From Telmatocola sphagniphila (lineage in GTDB: Bacteria; Planctomycetota; Planctomycetia; Gemmatales; Gemmataceae): 32,000 bases of DNA. Positions 1 through 8,461 of this stretch are shown piece after piece. Where the stretch lies: positions 3,720,001 to 3,752,000 of the forward strand of contig NZ_CP074694.1 in the NCBI RefSeq assembly GCF_018398935.1, in the 5' to 3' direction. A model generated the notes under the pieces. That model saw nothing but the letters and a program-made list of their open reading frames with translations. It had not been told where the DNA came from and searched no databases. Made by a program: the position numbers and the translations under genes. Every line of letters begins with the position of its first letter. Within the stretch, counting starts at the first letter, position 1.

Positions 1-1
1 T

Positions 2-367
2 CTTTCGGAACTGCTTCCAGGCGGGGGAACTATTCGCGGAATTATTTTTTTAAACGACCAGGAATTGGTGCTGGCGGGGGAAAAAGGAACCGTTCAGCGG
101 TGGAATTTTGTTTCAAAAAATAAATCTAATGAGTGGCAGACCGGCCATGGAATTCTGACTTTCCTGGCCGTCTCAGCGGACAAAAAACGATTTCTGACTG
201 CGGGATCCGATAACAAAATATCCGTTTGGAACTTCGGGAACGCCAAACCGCACAAAACATTTGGCCCTTTACCACAATCGGTAGCCGGAATTTTTTGTAC
301 CTCGAGCAACAAACAAATTATTGCGGGGACAAAAGAGGCGGGATTTAAATTCTGGAAGAATGATTGA
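2..367 (+). CDS. WD40-repeat protein, C-terminal fragment (5' end lies outside the window)
   Basis: Frame 2 is open from the window edge to TGA at 365-367, and track ORF 65..367 is its tail. WD-like units are present: 'GTVQRWNF' and 'GHGILTFLAVSADKKRFLTAGSDNKISVWNF'. Confidence 0.55.
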   Translation, partial: LSELLPGGGTIRGIIFLNDQELVLAGEKGTVQRWNFVSKNKSNEWQTGHGILTFLAVSADKKRFLTAGSDNKISVWNFGNAKPHKTFGPLPQSVAGIFCTSSNKQIIAGTKEAGFKFWKND

Positions 368-398
368 GAATTGCAAAAATCGGACGGAGTAAAACAGG

Positions 399-563
399 CT
401 ATTTGCGAAGTTCGCTAATATGCGGAATATGTATCGGCTTTTCCAGGGTTGTAATCGGTTGGAGTGCCTGAGTCTTAGAGCCGCTCCAGGGTGTAGGCAT
501 GGCTAGGACAGGCCCGATGAGCAGGGTCCAGAGCGAAAGCAGCACCACAGGACGGAAACGCAT
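399..563 (-). CDS. hypothetical small secreted peptide (54 aa, below the ORF-track cutoff)
   Basis: ATG at 563-561 and TAG at 401-399. The translation MRFRPVVLLSLWTLLIGPVLAMPTPWSGSKTQALQPITTLEKPIHIPHISELRK has a signal-peptide-like N-terminus (basic n-region, hydrophobic core, VLA-M). Promoter-like hexamers lie upstream. I recognise no homolog. Confidence 0.3.
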   Translation of the reverse strand: MRFRPVVLLSLWTLLIGPVLAMPTPWSGSKTQALQPITTLEKPIHIPHISELRK

Positions 564-600
564 TTTAGAACCTTTGCATTCCTACAAAAACCAGAAGTCC

Positions 601-629
601 TTGATAGTTCATAATTCGCACTTTGTAAA
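601..629 (-). promoter_or_regulatory. candidate sigma70-type promoter for the 54-aa ORF
   Basis: Minus strand reads TTTACA (629-624), 17 nt, TATCAA (606-601), about 40 nt upstream of the ATG at 563. Confidence 0.25.
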
Positions 630-692
630 GCAAAATAAAGCCGGATTTTCAGGGAAAATTCGGTTTAATTATGAGAATTAAGCTGGAAAAAG

Positions 693-725
693 AAAAAACC
701 CACGCTGGGGGTTCAGCGTGGGTTT
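693..725 (-). terminator. intrinsic terminator oriented for the minus strand
   Basis: Stem 699-707 CCCACGCTG pairs with 714-722 CAGCGTGGG around a 6-nt loop. On the minus strand the stem is followed by T6 (complement of A693-698) and more T-rich sequence. Confidence 0.6.
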
Positions 726-854
726 GGGAGGAGGTAGCCCAAGGGGGTTGGGCTTTCGCATAAGAGCACCGGGGGAGGTGCTGTTTATTCAAATCAGCAA
801 ATGATCGGGGGGAAAACTCGCTGAATACTGAGGGATTCCTTCCTGTTGGTGGAT

Positions 855-894
855 ACCTTGTGAAGGCAGATTTTAAGATCTGCCTTCACAAGGT
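855..894. repeat. perfect 17-bp-arm inverted repeat (40-bp palindromic element)
   Basis: 855-871 ACCTTGTGAAGGCAGAT is the exact reverse complement of 878-894. The spacer is TTTAAG. Neither side has a T-run, so it is not a terminator. Confidence 0.85.
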
Positions 895-897
895 CCT

Positions 898-919
898 GTC
901 CTGAGTTCCGGCTCAGGAC
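898..919. repeat. 8-bp-arm inverted repeat directly abutting the 40-bp palindrome
   Basis: 898-905 GTCCTGAG pairs with 912-919 CTCAGGAC, loop TTCCGG. Confidence 0.8.
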
Positions 920-1100
920 TCTAATTCTCTGTTCCGACCCAGGTCGGCTTTAAGTGAAATAAAGTGATGCAGCTGTCATGCCAAAGAGAAGATTTCCAGT
1001 CATCTACATCACAAGTGGTTGTTATGATGGGACTTATGAAAAGTCAGCCAATTTCTCGAGGAGGAAAATTGTATCCCGTGTGCAAAAAGTACAGAGACAA

Positions 1101-1122
1101 ATTGTAAAATTGTAAATTGTAT
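1101..1122. repeat. short tandem repeat ATTGTAA(A) x3
   Basis: ATTGTAAA (1101-1108), ATTGTAA (1109-1115) and ATTGTAT (1116-1122) lie head to tail. Confidence 0.8.
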
Positions 1123-1128
1123 AGGGCG

Positions 1129-1170
1129 CTTTCAGCGGTCAGCTTTCAGCGGTCAGCTTTCAGCGGTCAG
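1129..1170. repeat. tandem repeat, 3 perfect copies of the 14-mer CTTTCAGCGGTCAG
   Basis: Copies at 1129-1142, 1143-1156 and 1157-1170, followed by degenerate CATTCAGCTTTCAT (1171-1184). The 14-nt unit is not a multiple of 3, so it is not a coding repeat. Confidence 0.9.
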
Positions 1171-1359
1171 CATTCAGCTTTCATTGCAGATAGTCGTGTG
1201 AATACTCTTCAGTGAACGAACTGGCAATGATTTGATATGAGCCAGGGCTCCTAGACAACTCACCCTTACGTCAGCAGACACTTGATCACTGGCCTCTTTT
1301 TTCTCATTTCCTGAATATGTCGTTTACTGCTCATCTGGCCAGAGCTCTTATAATCCTAG

Positions 1360-1387
1360 CTGACCGCTGAAAGCTGAAAGCTGAAAG
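1360..1387. repeat. inverted partner of the 14-mer array
   Basis: 1360-1373 CTGACCGCTGAAAG is the exact reverse complement of the 14-mer. Two further CTGAAAG heptamers follow (1374-1380, 1381-1387). Confidence 0.9.
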
Positions 1388-1411
1388 CTAATAAATAGAT
1401 TCTAAGCGCAT

Positions 1412-1441
1412 AAAAAAAACCCACCTCGTTACCGAGATGGG
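1412..1441 (-). terminator. intrinsic terminator of the 23S-5S operon
   Basis: The minus-strand RNA reads CCCAUCUCG-GUAA-CGAGGUGGG followed by U8 (A1412-1419 on plus). The single non-Watson-Crick position is G-U on the minus strand but C-A on the plus strand, which fixes the functional strand. Confidence 0.85.
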
Positions 1442-1455
1442 TTTTCTTGTAAAAA

Positions 1456-1566
1456 AGCCGGCAATAACCTACTTTCGCGCTGGAAGCACTATCATCGGCC
1501 CTGGAAGCTTAACGACCGTGTTCGGAATGGGAACGGGTGTGGCCTTCCAGGTAAGCTCACCGGCAA
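1456..1566 (-). rRNA. rrf: 5S ribosomal RNA
   Basis: The reverse complement reads UGCCGGUGAGCUUACCUGGAAGGCCACACCCGUUCCCAUUCCGAACACGGUCGUUAAGCUUCCAGGGCCGAUGAUAGUGC...GUAGGUUAUUGCCGGC. It has typical 5S core motifs, and the termini pair as helix I. Ends are +/-3 nt. Confidence 0.9.
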
Positions 1567-1654
1567 ATCGCCTGTATATCAGAAACAAATTGGTTGGGTT
1601 GTTGCAATCAAACTTCCACGATCTCTTCAAGAACTCATTGAGTTTGAAAAGTGT

Positions 1655-4480
<2,826 letters not shown>

Positions 4481-4897
4481 ACACTTCTCAAACCCAATTC
4501 AGGTTTTACCCCTTATTCGGCCTAAGAAGGAGCCTGATCGACGATATTCGATCTTCTCATTCTCAAATTCTAAGGCTCATGTTGAGATCGCAAATTGCTG
4601 CCCCTACATCTCGGCCCATGCCGACCAATATAAGAGCATCGTTTGGATGCAACTTTTTTACCCAACCAATTTGTCAAAGATCAAAACTGCCAACCCTATC
4701 GGGCCGGCTCATATCATTTCAGATCGTCTGTAACCTTATCGGCTCTTTCGATCTGAAACTTTACATCACCTTGTCGCAAGTTCTTGTCATTTCAGCACTT
4801 GCGTCTCGGCTTAGTAATCTTAGTAACCCATCCAGTTAGTGTCAACCCGTCTCAGAATTTTATTCTTTCGACGTTTCACTAACCCACCGGATGGTCC

Positions 4898-4970
4898 TGG
4901 AGGTGAGGGGGGTCGAACCCCTAACCCCTAGCTTGCAAAGCTAGTGCTCTCCCAGTTGAGCTACACCCCC
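4898..4970 (-). tRNA. tRNA-Ala (anticodon UGC)
   Basis: The reverse complement GGGGGTGTAGCTCAACTGGGAGAGCACTAGCTTTGCAAGCTAGGGGTTAGGGGTTCGACCCCCCTCACCTCCA folds as a cloverleaf. The anticodon loop is UUUGCAA and the G3:U70 alanine identity pair is present. CCA is not encoded. Confidence 0.95.
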
Positions 4971-5009
4971 GGATAAAGCTGAGTCGAAAGCTTTACCTTC
5001 CAACTCGAG

Positions 5010-5083
5010 TGGGCGTACTTGGATTCGAACCAAGGACCTCAGCTTTATCAGAGCTGCGCTCTAGCCAACTGAGCTATACGCCC
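5010..5083 (-). tRNA. tRNA-Ile (anticodon GAU)
   Basis: The reverse complement GGGCGTATAGCTCAGTTGGCTAGAGCGCAGCTCTGATAAAGCTGAGGTCCTTGGTTCGAATCCAAGTACGCCCA folds as a cloverleaf with all four arms pairing. The anticodon loop is CUGAUAA. Confidence 0.95.
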
Positions 5084-5119
5084 GCTGCACAACTTACTCA
5101 AGATTCAAAGATCTAAAGC

Positions 5120-5146
5120 AAAAAGCCAAACCGATTAGGTTTGGCT
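5120..5146 (-). promoter_or_regulatory. terminator-like hairpin in the leader upstream of tRNA-Ile (possible antitermination or processing element)
   Basis: Stem 5124-5132 AGCCAAACC pairs with 5138-5146 GGTTTGGCT, loop GATTA. On the minus strand it is followed by UUUU-GC-UUUAG. A second hairpin lies at 5146-5175 (CTCTCTG / CAGAGAG). Confidence 0.4.
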
Positions 5147-5256
5147 CTCTGAGTTCCGAACTGGAATCCAGAGAGTTATGTTGCAATCACGATTCGATCT
5201 TGAATAATCAACTCGTAATACTCACGCAGGACGTTACCATCACTGTTGGAAAGAGA

Positions 5257-5285
5257 ATAATATCCCCGTAGGGTTCGGGCGGCAA
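5257..5285 (-). promoter_or_regulatory. candidate sigma70-type promoter of the tRNA-23S-5S operon
   Basis: Minus strand reads TTGCCG (5285-5280), 17 nt, TATTAT (5262-5257). An A/T-rich tract at 5297-5317 sits in UP-element position. The site is about 170 nt upstream of tRNA-Ile. Confidence 0.4.
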
Positions 5286-5418
5286 CAGCGCGGGCCAAAA
5301 TAATTCCAAATTGTTTTCGCAGCCCACCCAGGAACAGCCCCCGAAAGGATCAACACCCATCCCCCATACAGTTGAGACTTGTAAATATTGTATGAAAACC
5401 CTCTCTTAGGAACCCAAT

Positions 5419-6312
5419 ATGGCTACAGCACTTGCGCCCATCGAATCGCCCGGCTTCCGTCTGCAACAAGCTTGGAATCAGGAGTGCCTTCCCATTCCCG
5501 GCGTCTACCATCCGCTCGTCGCAAAAATTGCTGAAAAAATTGGCTTCCGTGCGATCTACCTTTCGGGGGCGGCCCTTTCCGCTAGCAAAAATCTCCCCGA
5601 TGTAGGCATCGTTACCCTGCCGGAATTCGTCGAAGCTGCCCGGGAAATCTGCCGGGCAACCGCGATTCCCTTGCTTTGCGACGCCGATACCGGCTTCGGA
5701 CAAAACCTGAACGTGGAGCGCACCGTCCAACTTTTTGAAGAAGCTGGCGCTGCGGGAATTCACCTCGAAGATCAGGAAATGCCCAAAAGATGCGGTCATT
5801 TATCGGGAAAAACGCTCGTCGATGCCGCCACCATGATCTCCAAAATCCGAGCGGCCGTGGCCTCGCGAACGGATAAATACTTCACCATTATCGCCCGCAC
5901 CGATGCTCGCGGCGTCGGCAATTTCGATCAGGCCATCAGCCGGGCAAAAGTCTATTTGGAAGCCGGCGCCGATGCGGTTTTTCCGGAAGCTCTGGAATCC
6001 GTCGAGGAATTCGAAAAATTCGCCAAAGAAGTCGATGCTCCGCTCCTGGCGAACATGACCGAATTTGGCAAAAGCCCCTTAATTCCCAGAGAAACGCTTG
6101 CTCAGATGGGTTACAAAATGGTTCTTTACCCGGTAAGTGCTTATCGGGCGGCTCTGTTCGCGACCCGTATGGCTCTGGAACAGATCAAAAAAGGCCCTAC
6201 CCAAGAACCGTTACTCGACAAAATGCTGTCACGAGCGGAACTCTACGATCTCCTGAACTACACCGATTACGAAAAAAGAGATGCGACCTACTTCGGACGC
6301 AAATTACAATAG
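5419..6312 (+). CDS. prpB: 2-methylisocitrate lyase
   Basis: 297 aa of the ICL/PEP-mutase superfamily, with the lyase signature KRCGH plus DADTGFG and NMTEFG. The C-terminal ELYDLLNYTDYE is colinear with E. coli PrpB as I recall it. Confidence 0.9.
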   Translation: MATALAPIESPGFRLQQAWNQECLPIPGVYHPLVAKIAEKIGFRAIYLSGAALSASKNLPDVGIVTLPEFVEAAREICRATAIPLLCDADTGFGQNLNVERTVQLFEEAGAAGIHLEDQEMPKRCGHLSGKTLVDAATMISKIRAAVASRTDKYFTIIARTDARGVGNFDQAISRAKVYLEAGADAVFPEALESVEEFEKFAKEVDAPLLANMTEFGKSPLIPRETLAQMGYKMVLYPVSAYRAALFATRMALEQIKKGPTQEPLLDKMLSRAELYDLLNYTDYEKRDATYFGRKLQ

Positions 6313-6412
6313 TCACAACGGGTTCAGGGAATCTTTCGCAAGAAGGCTTCTGAATCCCAGTGATCCCACGGCGTGCAAAACCCTCCGCTCTACATCTTTC
6401 CCATGCAGGTGA

Positions 6413-7537
6413 ATGCGAATGACTCCAGCTTACTCTCCCGGACTCGAAGGTGTGATCGCCGGTGAAACCAGTGTATCCTCGGTGGATGAAAGCCTCCGTT
6501 ATCGAGGCTATGCCATCGAGGATCTGGCGGAACACTGCAGCTACGAAGAAGTGGCCTACCTGCTGCTCTACGGCGAACTTCCCAATGCCAAGCGGCTCGC
6601 CGATTTCACCGCCCGGGTCAATGCGGCCCGTCGACTAACTCAACCGCTTCGCGATCTTCTCAAATCGTTACCCAAGTGGACCCATCCACTGGATGCGCTG
6701 CGCAGCTCGGTATCGGTTCTGTCCCACTTCGATCAGGATGTCAGCGATAACTCGACAGACGCCAACCTCCGAAAAGCCGAACGATTGATCGCTCAACTCC
6801 CCGTCGCGATCGCCGATTACTTCCGCTACTGCAAGGGTTTACAACCGGTTGCCGCCTCGCAGGAACTCAACAACGCGGCCAACTTCCTCTATATGATTCG
6901 CGGGGAGAAACCGACTCCCGAAGATACCAAAGCCTTCGATGTGTCGCTCATTCTTTACGCCGATCACGAGTTCAATGCTTCCACCTTCACCGCTCGGACC
7001 ATCGTTTCCACGCAGTCCGATCTTCACAGCGGCGTGGTGGGCGCCATCGGGGCTCTTAAAGGACCATTGCACGGCGGAGCCAACGAAAAAGTTGTCGGCG
7101 TGCTCGATGAGATCGGCAGTCCGGCCAACGCGGAAAAATGGGTGATGGACGCCTTGGCCCGCAAAGAACGGATCATGGGATTTGGGCATCGCGTCTGCAA
7201 AAAAGGGGATGTTCGTGCGGGAATTTGCAAAAAATATGCTTCCCAAGCGGCGGCCCGCGCTGGTACAACGCACTACGAAGTGACTGCCGATATCGTCGAG
7301 CGGTTGATGGCCGAGCAAAAGAAGATGTTTCCGAACGTCGACTGGCCGGCCGGTCGCCTGTACCACGCCCTCGGCCTGGAAATCCCGATATATACGCCAA
7401 TTTTCGCGGCAGCTCGCGTCGCCGGCTGGAGCGCTCACGTTATCGAGCAGATGGAGAACAATCGGCTCATTCGCCCGCGCGGCCTCTATAAAGGCCCAGC
7501 CGATCGCGTCGTTCCCCCGATCGCGGAAAGGGCTTAA
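6413..7537 (+). CDS. prpC: 2-methylcitrate synthase / citrate synthase family
   Basis: 374 aa with citrate-synthase motifs GPLHGGAN, GFGHRV and DHEFNAST. Adjacency to prpB supports the PrpC call. AGGTGA (6407-6412) abuts the first ATG, so the ATG at 6419 is the likelier start. Confidence 0.85.
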   Translation: MRMTPAYSPGLEGVIAGETSVSSVDESLRYRGYAIEDLAEHCSYEEVAYLLLYGELPNAKRLADFTARVNAARRLTQPLRDLLKSLPKWTHPLDALRSSVSVLSHFDQDVSDNSTDANLRKAERLIAQLPVAIADYFRYCKGLQPVAASQELNNAANFLYMIRGEKPTPEDTKAFDVSLILYADHEFNASTFTARTIVSTQSDLHSGVVGAIGALKGPLHGGANEKVVGVLDEIGSPANAEKWVMDALARKERIMGFGHRVCKKGDVRAGICKKYASQAAARAGTTHYEVTADIVERLMAEQKKMFPNVDWPAGRLYHALGLEIPIYTPIFAAARVAGWSAHVIEQMENNRLIRPRGLYKGPADRVVPPIAERA

Positions 7538-7567
7538 GTTCGAACCCTTCAGAGGGGAGAGACTCGC

Positions 7568-7732
7568 ATGGGTGGGATTGTCAACATTATCATCGGAATC
7601 GTATTCGTAGCCGGAGGACTTTCCGGCAACTTGGTGCTCAAAGGGACCTCAAGCGGGCCGGGCATCGCCATCGTAGGCGGAATCCTGATTCTGGTCGGAA
7701 TTTTCCGATTGGCGCGCGGCTCCCGCGGTTAA
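7568..7732 (+). CDS. small membrane protein (54 aa, two predicted TM helices), not in ORF track
   Basis: ATG 7568 is preceded by GGGGAGAG. The translation is MGGIVNIIIGIVFVAGGLSGNLVLKGTSSGPGIAIVGGILILVGIFRLARGSRG. It starts 30 nt after prpC on the same strand. Confidence 0.5.
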   Translation: MGGIVNIIIGIVFVAGGLSGNLVLKGTSSGPGIAIVGGILILVGIFRLARGSRG

Positions 7733-7736
7733 TTCT

Positions 7737-8354
7737 TCAGGCGCAGATCGGCCTCAGCAAACCTTCAATTTTCTCGCGATAATGCTCGATAGTCGGGACT
7801 TCCAGCCCGACTATCTTGGCCTGATCGTCGTAGCCCCGCACCTTCACCGCCGAGCGATAGTAGGGATTCTCTTCGAATTTCGCTCGTTCTTCCGCATTGA
7901 GCGGCCCACCTTGTAATTGCAAACTCAATTGCGAGGCCGGAGATAAAGCAGCCTGATACCTCGGATCGATGGCGCAGAGATAGCGTTTGGCCTCGACATG
8001 CAACCGTACCGGTTCGGTCACTTCCGGGCCTAAGTAACTCTTCAACCATTCCTCTCCGGCATCTTCATGTTTGCCATCAATCCCCTGGTCGGCGATGTTT
8101 TCCGACATGCCATGCAGCAAGTGGCCAATGTCGTGAAGCAAGGCGGCTACCACCACAGCATCCGATTCGCCGGCTTTCTCGGCCTGGTAGGCGGCCTGTA
8201 ATGCGTGGGCTTCCTCGGAAATCTCTTCCCCGAAGTAGAGTTTCTGCCCCCGGTTGGCAAACAGTTCGAAGATTTCGTTTACGCAATCGTGCATGAGAGG
8301 TTCCTTTTCCGTTGCAGAGGGGGCTGACAGGATTTTGTCCCTCTTCGTAGTCAA
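7737..8354 (-). CDS. HD-domain protein, PhnZ-like family (putative di-iron oxygenase / phosphohydrolase)
   Basis: HD motif AALLHDIGH. The motif order HALQAA ... AALLHDIGH ... HVEAKRYL ... LQGGP ... VPTIEHYR is colinear with PhnZ as I recall it. The likelier start is ATG 8294 (MHDCVNEIF...), preceded by GGAAAAGGAA. Confidence 0.7.
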   Translation of the reverse strand: MTTKRDKILSAPSATEKEPLMHDCVNEIFELFANRGQKLYFGEEISEEAHALQAAYQAEKAGESDAVVVAALLHDIGHLLHGMSENIADQGIDGKHEDAGEEWLKSYLGPEVTEPVRLHVEAKRYLCAIDPRYQAALSPASQLSLQLQGGPLNAEERAKFEENPYYRSAVKVRGYDDQAKIVGLEVPTIEHYREKIEGLLRPICA

Positions 8355-8392
8355 TAACTAACGATGTGTTATCGTGGTCAGAAAAAGAACAT

Positions 8393-8422
8393 AGACGGTG
8401 AAAGGCTAATTCACCGTCTTTT
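8393..8422 (-). terminator. hairpin terminator candidate between the 492-aa gene and the HD gene
   Basis: Stem 8393-8402 AGACGGTGAA pairs with 8410-8419 TTCACCGTCT around a 7-nt loop. TTT follows on the plus side. On the minus side an A5 run (T5 in the RNA) sits 6 nt away, so the geometry is imperfect for the minus strand. Confidence 0.45.
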
Positions 8423-8461
8423 CACGAGTTGAGTAAGTCGCCAGGAGCCTGGACTGCCAAC

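Noticed and set aside
499-681. 60-aa plus-strand ORF
   Set aside because: Its composition is not protein-like and it has no RBS. It is antisense to the better-supported 54-aa signal-peptide ORF and its promoter.
1129-1170. CRISPR array
   Set aside because: The 14-nt units are directly abutting with no spacers, there are only three copies, and there are no cas genes. This is a tandem repeat, not a CRISPR.
730-1400. Known housekeeping ncRNAs (RNase P RNA, tmRNA, SRP/4.5S RNA) in the structured tract
   Set aside because: 'CATAAGAGCACCGGG' (759-773) loosely resembles the RNase P 'GGUAAGAGCGCACCG', and 'GAAGGCAGA' resembles part of 4.5S RNA. However, the defining motifs are absent on both strands: GAGGAAAGUCCGGGC, the tRNA-like 3' end GGUUCGAAUCC...CCA, and the GGAA-tetraloop domain IV with asymmetric loops.
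5350-5799. 149-aa minus-strand ORF
   Set aside because: It is antisense to prpB, whose family motifs are clear, so it is a shadow ORF.
5419-6312. Reading prpB as a PEP mutase or phosphonate-biosynthesis enzyme linked to the nearby PhnZ-like gene
   Set aside because: The KRCGH catalytic loop and the C-terminal region match methylisocitrate lyase, and the next gene is a citrate-synthase homolog. PEP mutases lack that Cys loop.
6197-7491. Several ORFs overlapping prpC on both strands (6197..6535, 6839..7438, 6939..7145, 7024..7230, 7138..7491, 7173..7400)
   Set aside because: These are alternative-frame or antisense shadows of a well-supported citrate-synthase-family gene, and their peptides are Arg/Pro/Ser-rich.
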